A stretch of DNA of 64,000 bases from Eledone cirrhosa (taxonomy: Eukaryota), in contig OZ024756.1 of the NCBI GenBank assembly GCA_964016885.1, forward strand, positions 34,162,001-34,226,000. Direction: 5' to 3'. Shown here one piece after another: positions 27,008 to 39,872 of the stretch (position 1 is its first letter; each line of letters begins with the position of its first letter). The notes under the pieces were generated by a model that searched no databases, was not told the DNA's origin, and worked only from the letters and a program-made list of their open reading frames with translations. A program made the position numbers and the translations under genes.

Positions 27008-27856
27008 CATGACTGTTCATAGATCCCAAATCAAAATACGAGAATACAGAAAAATAGCAGAGTGAACACATTGCTACCTGTGCCGCCCAAAATCATCCCA
27101 ACTTTAGAATCTTCCCCCTCTACAAATGTAAAGATAATGCCACCCACACCCAGCGCATCACCAAGGAATCTCACTTTATTAACAAATACGGACCCCGTCT
27201 AAACACTTCTTCCTAAGACGAACGCACAACATACACACGTTGACATACATACCTACATCAGCATACATCCTACATACATTTCTATCCACATATAAACACA
27301 ATGACATACGTAAACACACATGTTCTATGGTGCAACACAAATATATACACAAATTTGCATACCTTTTGATGTTTATAGATATACACGTGCCGACACGGAC
27401 ACATACACACGCGCACACATATAATGCACATTGATGGGTGCATACATATTTGTGCACAAGTATCCCATGCGGCAGGACCTAATGGATTCCCCTTGCAGTA
27501 CGTACAATCTGGACTCACACACGCCTTGTTGTTATGACAATACTATACATCATTTTACCTCTTTTATTATTGATGTTATTGATGTTCTTTTGAGAGAATC
27601 GTTTTTGCAAATGACTGAAAATATCGAATAATGTACGCCATTTTTACCAGTACCACAAAAATACTGGTCCATCCACACACACGCGCGCGCACGCACTTAC
27701 ATACAGACAGACATAAACACACACACACACACACTTCTCCGTATAAAACAAGAGCTGAAAAATATATTTCAACATGTTAAAATAAGCCCCCCCCCCCCAC
27801 ACACCCACATACACACATTCCTACTGACCGATTCATTTCCATTATCACAATGAACC

Positions 27857-27893
<37 letters not shown>

Positions 27894-27959
27894 TTGTCTT
27901 AATAGACACCTGAACTGTTGACATCTCAACATGACTGCAACTCGATCAAACGGAAAAGG

Positions 27960-28280
27960 ACACTCTTAGACAAACCTACATTTAGCGCGAACCAGTTCGC
28001 GCTAAAATCAATTTAAACATTCACGTGACTTCTACCGACCAATCAAAATTGTTTTTACTACAAGAATTTTTGCAACACGAATTGGCGCGAAATTTATAGT
28101 GCTTATTCACGTGACATTCAACAACGAACCAAATTTTAATACCTCCCAAGCCACTTTTTTCACATAAAACAGGAAGAATTTCCAAAACTGATCAGATTAG
28201 AGCAAAAATCACGAGCACTCTATCTCAAAATTATTTTTTGAAAAGCATAAGAAATGCGCAACCGATAAAAACTTAAAACT
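27960..28280. mobile_element. Unclassified interspersed repeat (possibly Helitron-related); fragment also at ~20717-20750
   Basis: tttagcgcgaaccagttcgcgctaaa hairpin; caagaatttttgcaacacgaattggcgcgaaattt is partly shared with the 20717 region. Confidence 0.35.
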
Positions 28281-28440
28281 AAAACTGAATACTAACTAAT
28301 ACTTATTACTAATTTATACTTATTCCTAATTAAGCTATTTTTCACTGGGAAAAATTTGTCAGCATTTTCTATTCCTTTTTACTATTATATATATATATAT
28401 ATAATATATAAGATCAAAAGATGGTTAAAAGAGTTCCATG

Positions 28441-28511
28441 TATTTTATTATGCGCATTTCAAAAACAAATATCATCATGCAATAACATTTGCGTTTTCGT
28501 CAGATAAAATA
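28441..28511 (-). ncRNA. Type I hammerhead ribozyme (family F, inverted arm)
   Basis: Reverse complement of 28635-28705. Confidence 0.75.
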
Positions 28512-28634
28512 GGGAGACATGATATGAAGGTTAAAACACACTTGTGAATAGTGCAGTTTTAAATCAATATATCATAAGTTGATTTAAAACTGCACTATTC
28601 ACAAGTGTGTTTTAACCTTCATATCATGTCTCCC

Positions 28635-28705
28635 TATTTTATCTGACGAAAACGCAAATGTTATTGCATGATGATATTTGTTTTTGAAATGCGCATAATA
28701 AAATA
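28635..28705 (+). ncRNA. Type I hammerhead ribozyme (family F)
   Basis: UAUUUUAU-CUGACGA-long stem II-GAAA-UGCGCA-UA-AUAAAAUA: 8-bp stem I and palindromic stem III. Confidence 0.78.
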
Positions 28706-29065
28706 CATGGAACTCTTTTAACCATCTTTTGATCTTATATATTATTTATACTCCAGTCCTACAAACTGCAGAGTGCTACTTATCCCATATCTGCATTGCT
28801 TTATTGTACTACAATAAAACTCACCTCCTACATATATATATATATATATGCGTAGGGTTTTGTATGTCAAGGTACTTTAATCTCAGTAATACACTGGAGT
28901 ATTTGCTGCAGAAGTAGAAACAATTATTATTAAGGCTAAAAAGTGAGTCTTTTTACTTTGGAGTAACAAGATTCACGTTTTACCCTTAATATAAATGATT
29001 AAAACTCTACTTCGGTATTGAGTACTCCTTTATCTCAGCTGTCAACCACACATACGGATATATAT

Positions 29066-29334
29066 ATCCCAAAAGTCAGCTCAAAAGTGACACAGAGGAG
29101 ACTGAGGTTAGCTGGATATGCTCACCGACATCCAGAGTTGACATTGCACTCAGTACTCCTTTGGGAGCCCCTACATGGACACACTAGAAGAGGAAGACCA
29201 AGGTTAACGTATGTTGATGCCCTAAGGACAGACACTGGTCTGTTGGAGATGCAGGACATGGCAGCGATAATGAGGGACAGAGACCGCTGGAGAGAACTCG
29301 TCCATGGATCTCGGGAATTTTACCCGCCTTAGAT

Positions 29335-29335
<1 letters not shown>
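29066..29335 (+). mobile_element. RTE/RTE-X LINE 3' fragment
   Basis: PKVSSKVTQRRLRLAGYAHRHPE...VLLWEP.HG..RRGRPRLTYVDAL..DTG...MRDRDRWRELV, the typical RTE C-terminus; ends in (TA)n. Confidence 0.85.
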
Positions 29336-29379
<44 letters not shown>

Positions 29380-29431
29380 TAATTGGACGGTTAGTACACT
29401 TTAATATATTATTTTAATGTTTATATATATA

Positions 29432-29509
<78 letters not shown>

Positions 29510-30163
29510 CACACACATATATATATAAACATTAAAAGAATATATATACACACACACATACATATATATATATATAGATAGATAGATACATTCATAGACA
29601 CACACACAATTCAAGTTAATGTTATAAAAGTATTGTGTGGTTTTAACGTGTTGTTCGGTGCTGAACGTTTAAAGTCCATTTTTAACTCGCTGTTTCTTAC
29701 TGGTCCAGTTTTGTGGTGGAACAAAAGATATTGTAAACAAAGCAAATAATCTGGTTATATCAACAATAATAGCAACGAAAATACTAAACACGAAGAAAAA
29801 TTGACGACTATTCACTATTCAAGAAAGTAAATTTATATATATATATTTAATACAATAACAGAGATAGTTTAAAGCTAAACTCTTACTGGTTACCATCTCA
29901 CTCAACAAACATTAGGTTATATTAAAATATAAACCCAATTTAAGTGTTTGGGGTGCTAACAATATGTATATATATTAATTTATAATAGAATGTACGTTAT
30001 ATATGACGGTGGACAAACAAACTTATATAAAAACATCGGTAGGAGCAACTCACTATATTATAATTATTATTACTTTTTTTTAATTTATTTTTCCTCTTTC
30101 ATGACACGTTCACAATATCAGATATCGCCCATTTCATTATTATCGGGAGAAAACAGGTTAAAT

Positions 30164-30195
<32 letters not shown>

Positions 30196-30202
30196 ACACA
30201 GA

Positions 30203-30755
<553 letters not shown>

Positions 30756-30917
30756 CTTTAATTATAATAACAATGTTGCCATTATTGGGTATAGACTTAA
30801 CCATAGGGTTTAAAGCTCAATGAAGTAGGGATCATACAGAGCTGATATATAAAGAATAAGAAACACCAAATAGTCGATATGTTGTCAAAACAAAAGAGAT
30901 TCACCCTGAGGATGTGA

Positions 30918-30983
<66 letters not shown>

Positions 30984-30984
30984 T

Positions 30985-31153
30985 TAATAATAGTAATAAA
31001 CGAAAGATATATACTTTATATCATGATATAAAGTATATATCTTTCATTTATTGCTATTATTATTATAATAATACTCCGGGTAAATATATACTGTTGAGTG
31101 TTTGGCATCTGTTATATATCAGTTGATTACGAATCAACTTTTTTTTCATTGAT
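30985..31153. mobile_element. Family H inverted-arm plus tail insertion in (TA)n
   Basis: Palindrome centred on tatcatgata; tail tactccggggtaaatatatactgttgagtg. Confidence 0.65.
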
Positions 31154-31167
31154 TATATATATATATA

Positions 31168-31236
<69 letters not shown>

Positions 31237-32679
31237 AGCAATCACTAAAACTTTTAAGTCACTGTCAACTACTTCACAAAATGAAATCTTACATTCTTTT
31301 CACATGTATCGTGTGCTCTCATACACGGTAATGTTTGAACGTTTTAAATAATATTTTTTTTAAAACTTCAATGTGTGTATGTATATATATATAAATATAT
31401 ACATAAAAGAGTATATATATACTCTGTATTGAGAACCTTACTGTGGTTACCCCCGATTAAACCCGGAATAAACACACACACATATATATTGAAGTAAACG
31501 GGGTATCGTTTAAGGTAATCCAAGTAGCGGTTACGAGTAATCTGTACTGTGGAATAAACCCTACTGTATATAGCTTATCCGTGTTATTCTTCTCATTTAA
31601 AACATGTAGGCTTTGCTCTCAATCTTAAAACCGTTTCAACCGCAGGGCTTAGAACAACAACAACAAAAACAACAAAAATAATGGACTATAATGGCAACAA
31701 TACTCACCGGGTTAATGAAACAGGTAATAGATAATGTAATAAGGTGTGATCAGAGAAGACAGGACAGGTAATAAACAAGAGAAGATCTCAGATCAAATAC
31801 TTATGACTGAATGATAATGATAAATATGAGAAAAAAAATTTATAAATAGATAAGTAAAAATAAATAAATAAATAAGCAATAATAAGAATGTAAGGAGGAG
31901 GAGGAGAGAGATGAGAAAAGAGCGTGGAAGGAGGTTAAAGAAAAAGAACCCGGGAAAATAGAGACTTCAGACGAGGAAAGCATAGAGTGAGGGAAGGGGG
32001 ATAGGGCAAAGGAGAAAGACTAAAGGTCGGGAAGGAGGAGGTGAGGTGATAAGGAAATGGGAGAAGAAGAAAGCATAGGAGAGTAAGAGAGAGAAAATGA
32101 GAGAAGGATAAGAAAAACATTGGATGAGGACGGAGGAAGCAGGCGGAAAAGAGAGAAGGAGAGTGTGTGTGTGTGTATATTAAATAAAAAAAGAGAAAGA
32201 GAAAGAAAAAAACTTGACATGGAAAGAGAGACAAGGTAGAGAACAAAGAATGTGAGAGAGGGGGATATAGAAAAAGTAAAAACATAAGAAGAGAGAGAGA
32301 TTTAAAAAAAAGAAAATATGGGAGGTGGAGTTGAAAGAAAGAAAAATGTATAGAACCGTTAAGAGAGGGTGAGGGAGAAAGGCAGAAAATAACAAGGCGA
32401 TAGTAGGAGGAGGAAGGGGAGAGTACGGAAGTAAGAGAAGAAGGGGAGGTAATCAAAGTACCTTAAAAAAAAAATTGCTGTTAGACACACACGTGGTTAA
32501 AAGTTGACAAATTAGACGTCGGCTGACCTTATTTGGGTTTGAAAGCAAATAAGTGTTGTGGGCGAAAGAGGGGGGGGGGGGGGGCTCATACGGCTGGATG
32601 ACGTCACTTGCTTGGGTAGAACTTTAAATGGAAATATTACCTAAGTAGAATGTATTAATGTCTTTCATTATCTTAGTGT

Positions 32680-33130
32680 TGTTGTTGGTGGTGGAGGTGG
32701 TGGTGGTGGTAGTGGTGGTTTGGAGGGGGGTGTCGTTCTTGTTGGTAGTCGTTGTGGTGGTGATGGTGGTGGTGGTGGTGGTAGTGGTTGTTGTGGAGGT
32801 GGTTGTTGTGGTGGGGGGTGGGGGTGGTCGTTGTTGTTGTGGTGGGGGTGATGGTGGGGGTGGTAGTGGTTGTTGTTGTTGTGGAGGTGGTGGTGGGGGT
32901 GGTTGTTGTGGTGGGTGGTGGGGGTGGTCGTCGTTGTTGTTGTGGAGGTGGTGGTGGTGATGGTGGTGGTGGTAGTGGTTGTTGTTGTTGATGTTGTTGT
33001 TGTGGTGGTGGTGGTGGTGGTGGGGGTGGTCGTTGTTGTTGTGGAGGTGGTGGTGGTAATGGTGGTGGTGGTAGTGGTTGTTGTTGTTGATGTTGTTGTT
33101 GTGGTGGTGGTGGTGGTGGTGGTTGTTGTT
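32680..33130. repeat. (GGT/GTT)n low-complexity array
   Basis: Direct reading. Confidence 0.9.
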
Positions 33131-33387
33131 CAAGTTAGGTGTTTCAATAAAGAAAGAAAGAAACAAAGAAATAAAGAAAGAAGAAGAAGAAGTCGGCGGT
33201 GGAAACGTTGGTGAATCAGTAATGTTCCAGCTTGTTCTGCCGTGGCTCAAGTGTGTTCTAGCACCACTGCTTGGTTCTTGGGTGTACCTAGCGAAGTATT
33301 CACTACTGCTAGTGTTCTGTCTAGATCTTCGCTTTCGGGCTACCTTTTTACCTTCCTGTCCATCAGTGTCAAATTGGAGGGCCTCCG

Positions 33388-33561
33388 TGGGCCACATGGG
33401 TCATATATGTGTTGTCTGAGGGCCACATACGACAACTAATTGCTCACATTACAACATTTTTTTCTTTTTTTATATTACGAAAATAAAGCATGCTCGCGCT
33501 GTAAAAACCTTTGTGCGGGGCGCAGGTGTGCTTGTAAAGGGCCATATATTTGACATGCCTG
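33388..33561 (-). mobile_element. Partial copy of the hAT MITE
   Basis: gggccacatgggtcatatatgtgttgtctgagggcc...tttgacatgcctg. Confidence 0.78.
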
Positions 33562-33769
33562 GTCTAGGAGATATTGAAAGGACTATGAACACTACCCTTC
33601 CCCTTCTTGATTAAATTGTTAAATAAAAGTAACATGTATCAGAGTTTTCTATTCACAGGTTCAATTTTTCGAGTAAGCATCTTCTTCTTTTGGGACAGGT
33701 ATTCGGTTTAGGGTCACATCAGTCGCAGATTGGGTCTTAAAACTGAGTGACATTGATTTAGAAACTGCT

Positions 33770-34335
33770 GGTTGGTGAGGGTCAGATGTGTGTTTCCACT
33801 GCTCGGCTAAGATGACACTGTCTAACTTCCTGCTGACTGCTGAAGGCCTGAGATGAGTTTTAACTGCTCAGTTAAGGTGACACTAACTAACAGACTTCTG
33901 AGTGTCAGAGGTGTCTTTTCACTGCTCAGCTAAGGTGACATTGACTTAAAGACTACTGAGGGACAGAGGTCTTTTCACTGCTCAGCTAAGGTGACACTGA
34001 CTTACAGACTTACTGATGAGACTTTCAGCCGTGTTTTTACTGTTAGTTAAGGCGATGCTAAAAAATTGTTAAGGTCCAGAGGTGTATTAAGCCTGTTAAC
34101 TAAGACCACTGTCTATTAGACTGCTGAGGACCAGATCTGTGTTTTCACTGCCCAACTGTGACACGGAATTACAGACTGATAAGGAACAGGGTTGTGTTTT
34201 CACTGTTCACATAAGCCAACACTGATTAAGAGACTGTTGAGATTCAGAGGTGTATTTTTATTGCTTAGCTAAAGTGACACTGACTTACAGGCTGGTCAGG
34301 GCCAGAGGTGAGTTTTTATTGCTTAGCTAAGGTGT
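33770..34335. repeat. Degenerate ~58-60-bp tandem repeat, about 9 copies
   Basis: Repeating cagaggtgt..ttttcactgctcagctaaggtgacactgacttacagact. Confidence 0.8.
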
Positions 34336-34634
34336 GTTCTATTTTTGTTTCAATATTTGTGCAGTGGCAATAACTTGATTCTTATGTGACATTTTTTTTT
34401 TTGCTGTTTTCTTTTCTTTCTCTTCTCTTATTAGGTCATTGGCCCACTTGGCGTTGTTGCTCAAATTCCCTGTATGGCCAGACCACCTCAGAGATACCTT
34501 CTTCTTTCCATTCCACCCATTAATCTCAGAGGTCATGACAATAGCCATGGGCATTGATTGCCCTTCACTTGCTGACCGAGTCTCCACACCCGTTCCTAAA
34601 CCTACCTTAGCCCACATTTGGCTGCATTATTGAT

Positions 34635-34820
34635 GGATTGGCAGTATCGGTAGAGGGTCGGATGCCATGCTTTGCGGCATAGAGTTACGTCCCTTTACGG
34701 TCTGAGTTCAAATCCCGCCAAGATTAACTTTGCCTTTCATCCTTACAAGGTTGATAGAATAAAGTACCAGTAATGAACTGGGATAATTGCTGGCCTTGTG
34801 CCAAAAGTAGAAACAATTAT
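34635..34820 (+). mobile_element. Main-family tRNA SINE, full length
   Basis: Consensus match from tggattggcagtatcggtag to agaaacaattat. Confidence 0.92.
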
Positions 34821-34854
34821 TTCTGCATATTTCTCTCTCATATGAGAACATGTA

Positions 34855-35413
34855 GCATCACCATCACCAACATCATCATCATCATCATCTTCCTCATCAT
34901 CAGCATCACCATGATCATCATCACCACCATCATCATCACCATCATCACCACCATCATCACCACCATCATCATCACCATCATCATCATCATCATCACCACC
35001 ATCATCATCATCATCACCACCATCATCACCACCATCATCATCATCATCACCACCATCATCATCACCATCATCATCATCATCATCACCACCATCATCATCA
35101 TCATCACCACCATCATCATCACCATCATCATCATCATCATCACCACCATCATCATTATCATCACCACCACCATCATCATCATCATCATCATCACCACCAT
35201 CACCATGATCATCATCATCATCATCATCACCACCATCACCATGATCATCATCATCATCATCATCACCACCATCATCGTCGCCATCACCATCACCATCACC
35301 ACCAGCATCATCATCATCACCATCATCACCATCATCACCACCACCACCATCATCATCATCACCACCATCACCATCACCACCACCACCACCACCACCACCA
35401 CCATCATCATCAT
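34855..35413. repeat. (CAT/CAC)n array
   Basis: Direct reading. Confidence 0.92.
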
Positions 35414-35519
35414 CTTGTATTGTTATAATCATTTCAATCTGACCTTTCCGCTCTTTCAATGAAACGTTGAAGGTTAAACCAGCGATTGTAACCCCACCTA
35501 CCTCACCCTTAGACTGACC

Positions 35520-35574
<55 letters not shown>

Positions 35575-35830
35575 CTTTATATATAACAATATATATATAA
35601 CAATATATATATATAACAATATATATATATATATATATTGTTATACTTGGGGAGGGTCATATTGTGGTAATAATATTGCCAGAAATAATAACAGAACTCA
35701 CTGTTTGCTTGGTTTTCGCTACTGTATCTTTTATATCTCCACAGTTAATTTATTTGTATATATATATATATATATATATAATAATTTATTTGTATATATA
35801 TATATATTTGTATATATATAATAATTTATT

Positions 35831-35871
<41 letters not shown>

Positions 35872-35877
<6 letters not shown>

Positions 35878-36350
35878 TTTGAGTATATGTTGGTTGTTTA
35901 CCGACACCTCGGTATGCAGATTCGAGCACTCGACGAAGTGTGCAGGTTGGTTTGGTTACTCCGGAGTAATGTAAAATAAAATAAATAAGTCAAATATTTA
36001 AAATTTGGCTTCGTTTATTAAAGATGTACTGCTATATATATATTTCGGTGACAGCCATCTTTGGCTGTGACCTCTTCAGGCAGTCCGAATTGGTGTGGTA
36101 GAAACAGGTACACATGTTGTTGAGGTGTTTAACTCCGTCAATACTCCGATATGTCCAGTTCCTGGTTGGGTTGTTATTTCTCTGAGGAACTGGAATCATA
36201 TGATAAACACCTCAACAATATGTGTACCACACCAATTCGGACTGCCTGAAGAGGTCACAGCTAAAGATGGCTGTCGCCGAAGTATATATAAGCAGTAATA
36301 AACGAAGCCAAATTTTAAATATTTGACTTATTTATTTTATTTTATTTTAT
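35872..36350. mobile_element. Family D PLE-like insertion: tailed copy on minus strand plus tail-less inverted copy
   Basis: 35975-36130 is inverted against 36205-36348; minus-strand tail ttactccggag...gtcgagtgc. Confidence 0.85.
36028..36084 (-). ncRNA. Type I hammerhead ribozyme (family D); the opposite-strand copy at 36241-36296 has GAAG instead of GAAA
   Basis: ACUGC-CUGAAGA-GGUcACAGCCAaagaUGGCUGUcACC-GAAA-(UA)n-GCAGU. Confidence 0.8.
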
Positions 36351-37124
36351 ATATATATATATATATATGTACATGCGTGTGTGTGCGTGGGTGTGTGTAT
36401 GTATGTATGTGACGTTATCTTTGTCTTTTTCTCTCTCTTCTTTCCCGCCACCCCCACTCTCCCTCTCTCTCTTTCTCTCCCCTCTCTCTCTCCGCCCTCT
36501 CTCCCTTTCTCTCTCCCCCTCTATCTCGTGTTCATTGCTAGACTGACCATCTCAATGGGTTGTTTTTCGCACATTATCTCCTTTTTCCTCACTTTCTTTC
36601 TTCCTTTTTTTCTTTCCTTCTTTCTTACCACACTTCACGTGTCTACTTGAGGCAGCAAACACACATCTTTGACCTACCCCCCCCCCCCTCTCACCCCCCC
36701 AGCTATCAAAGGTCACAAGCCAATACATATAACAGAGCTGGACTAGAATTTAAGACACACACAACACACCTCACCTCACCTCACACATACACACATACAT
36801 ACACACACAACACACCTCACCTCACCTCACACATACACACATACATACACACACTCACATCACACTTCACCTCACACACACACATCACACCTCACCTCAC
36901 ACATACACACATACTTATACACACACAACACATCACCTACTAACTACCCACGCACCCTCACACGCACACAAAGAAAAGAAAATAATTGTCCTTTAGCACT
37001 TGACAGTCTTAGGAGCAGCCGCCTGGCAGACGGCGTGTCTTGGGCATTTTAAACATAGTCAAGTCCTTCCTTCCAGGGAGTGAGTGAAAGAGAGACAGAC
37101 AAATAGACAGAGAGAGAGAGAGAG

Positions 37125-37169
<45 letters not shown>

Positions 37170-37324
37170 GACAGAGAGAGAGAAAGGCAGAGAGAGAGAG
37201 AAAGAGAGACGGAGACACAGACAGAGGGAAAGAGAGGGAGACAGGCAGACAAACAAACAGTGAGAGCGGTAGAGAGAGGGGCCAGAGAGAAGGGTCAGAG
37301 AGAAAGGGAGAATCGATCCTTTGA

Positions 37325-37675
37325 ATTCTGCATTCAAATCCCTCCAAGGTTAACTTTGCCTTTCATCCTTACGGGGTTGATAAAATAAAGTACCAGTAAT
37401 GTACTTGGGTCGATTTAGTCGACATTCCTTTCCTTACAAATTGCTGACCTTTTGCCAAGATTTAGAAACAACTATTTTACTGGCTGTGGATTGGCTGTAT
37501 CGGTAGAGGGCCGGACGCCATGCTTTGCAGCATAGAGTTACGGCCCTTTACGGTCTCAGTTCAAATCCCGCCGAGGTTAACTTTGCATTTCATTTCTATG
37601 GGGGTCCATAAAATATAGTACCAGTAACACACTGGGGTAATTGCTGGCCTTGTGCCAAAAGTAGAAACAATTATT
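37325..37675 (+). mobile_element. Two tandem main-family SINEs
   Basis: ttcaaatccc...gcctttcatccttacgggg; second copy full length from ~37487. Confidence 0.88.
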
Positions 37676-38033
37676 TTACGGGCAAATGAAGAAATTATTA
37701 TTTTACTGAAGTGAGAAGATACCTAGTTGGTCTAATAGCAATGGCGGCCCTGTGAGTAAGTGAATTATGACAAGACTAGAACAGAAAGCCTAAGACTTTT
37801 TTTTTTAAGCTATTGCGTCGTAGTAAATAAAACTCCTTTCCGCCATTTTGTTGTATAGGAACCAGATGGCTGCTGTTAAAATCAGGTCTCAAACATGAAG
37901 AACTGAAGTCACAGAAAGATAAATAAAATACCTTCACCCCCATTTTCTTGGTCTCTCTTGCTCTCTTTCTCTTTCTTGTTCTCTTTTCTCTGTCTCTTCT
38001 TCCTCCTCTCTGTCTTTCTTCCCCTTCTCAACC

Positions 38034-38119
<86 letters not shown>

Positions 38120-38351
38120 AGTATAGAAATTATTACGAGCAAGAAGCACAAAGTATTCCATAATATATAAGTGACTATAGAGTCAAAATGGGGAAATAGT
38201 TAACGTAAGATGTGGGGAAAATAAATCAAACTCAATTCAAAAGGAATCAGGATATAGATTCATCCAACAGAATTTAGTGAAATTTAGGGAAAAGTCAATG
38301 GAGCCTTACCTCATGATAAAATAAAGTTTAAAATACTCATATATATATATA

Positions 38352-38698
38352 TGTCTCTGTCTGTCTGTCTCTCCCTGTCTCTCTCCCTCTCTGTCTGTCT
38401 GTCTCTCTGTCTCTCTCTGTCTCTGTCTGCCTCTGTCTCTCTCCCTCTGTCTCTCTCCCTCTGTCTGACTCTCTCTGTCTCTCTCCCTCTCTGTCTCTGT
38501 CTGCCTCTGTCTGTCTCTCTCTGTCTCTCTCCCCCTCTGTCTGTCTCTCTCTTTCTCCCTCTCTCTCTGTCTGTCTCTCTCTGTCTCTCTCCCCCTCTGT
38601 CTGTCTCTCTCTGTCTCTGTCTGCCTCTGTCTGCCTCTCTCTGTCTCTCTCCCTCTCTGTCTTTCTCTCTCCCCCTCTGTCTGTCTCTCTCTCCCTCT

Positions 38699-38749
<51 letters not shown>

Positions 38750-38840
38750 CCCCTCTGTCTGTCTCTATCTCTCTCTGTCTGTCTGACTCTCTCTCCCTCT
38801 CTCTCTCTGTCTGTCTGACTCTCTCTCTCTCCCTTTCTCT
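38352..38840. repeat. (CT/CTGT)n polypyrimidine array
   Basis: Direct reading. Confidence 0.9.
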
Positions 38841-39059
38841 ACACATATATACATTCCTGGGACACTTATTATGTAATAATAGTAATGAGGATGATGATGA
38901 TGTGAAGGAGGAGGAGGAGGAGGAGGAGGAGGAGGAGGAGGAGGAGGAGGAATATAAAAGAACCATTATGTATGTATGTATGTATGTATGTATGTATGTA
39001 TGTATATATACACCTACACACATACACATACATATACATGATGGTGGTGATGATGATAT

Positions 39060-39106
<47 letters not shown>

Positions 39107-39194
39107 TTGATGATTCTGGTGGTGATGATGTTGATGATGACGGTGATGATGTTGATGATGATGGACATAGTGATGATGCTGATGGTGGTGGTGG

Positions 39195-39246
<52 letters not shown>

Positions 39247-39469
39247 CATAGTGATGATGATGATGATGATGATCATGATGATGGCGATGATGATGATGAC
39301 CTTCACTTGGAGTGACACAACACTCTCATTCTTCTTCTTAGGTCCCTCAACATCTGCACGACTGATAAACAAAGACATCACAAGGCCAACCTTTCGAATA
39401 AAGTCTACTTGTTCTTGTCACAATCTGTGTCACTGGTAGTTTTCTTCTGCTAAATCGGGAGGAGAGCAT

Positions 39470-39872
39470 GGCTGGTGTAGCGGGTACCGCTGGCCTGGCT
39501 GTTCTCCACGTCAATGCTTTCATTATCTTAACTTCGTTTGTGCGGCTGAGATGTATCTATTGTATTGCACAACCAAGGGTGTAGTGTTGGTCTTGTGTGG
39601 TGAACATGTCTGGTGTAGCGGGTACCGCTGGCCTGGCTGTTCTCCACGTCAATGCTTTCATTTAACTTTGCCTTTCATCCTTACGGGGTCGATAAAATAA
39701 AGTACCAGTAATGTACTGGGTAATTTCTGGCCTTGTGCCAATAGTAGAAACAATTATCTTAAACCTATGGCGCGGCTGTGGTGTATCTATTGTATTGCAC
39801 AACCAAGGGTGTAGTGTTGGTCTTGTGTGGTGAACATGTCTGGTGTAGCGGGTACCGCTGGCTGTCTCCACG
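39470..39872. repeat. ~137-bp tandem duplication interrupted by a 5'-truncated SINE (39662-39757)
   Basis: ctggtgtagcgggtaccgctgg occurs three times and gtatctattgtattgcacaaccaagggtgtag twice. Confidence 0.8.

Larger units (their letters stand above)
28401..28831. mobile_element. Family F PLE-like insertion: ~165-bp inverted arms plus ~85-nt tail
   Basis: Arms at 28401-28567 and 28579-28745; tail tactccagtcctacaaactgcagagtgctac; (TA)n on both sides. Confidence 0.85.

Noticed and set aside
28401-28745. Interpreting the inverted arms as DNA-transposon TIRs
   Set aside because: Arms are asymmetric (one has an extra tail), junctions differ among copies and the arms contain HHR cores, which fits retroelement inversion better
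34400-34633. Possible plus-strand coding exon after a polypyrimidine-AG (also 39341-39440)
   Set aside because: No recognisable protein in any frame and no clear donor site
34743-35462. Asp/Gly-rich acidic protein ORF (also 38902-39315)
   Set aside because: (GAT/GGT)n microsatellite running into a SINE; no supporting gene structure
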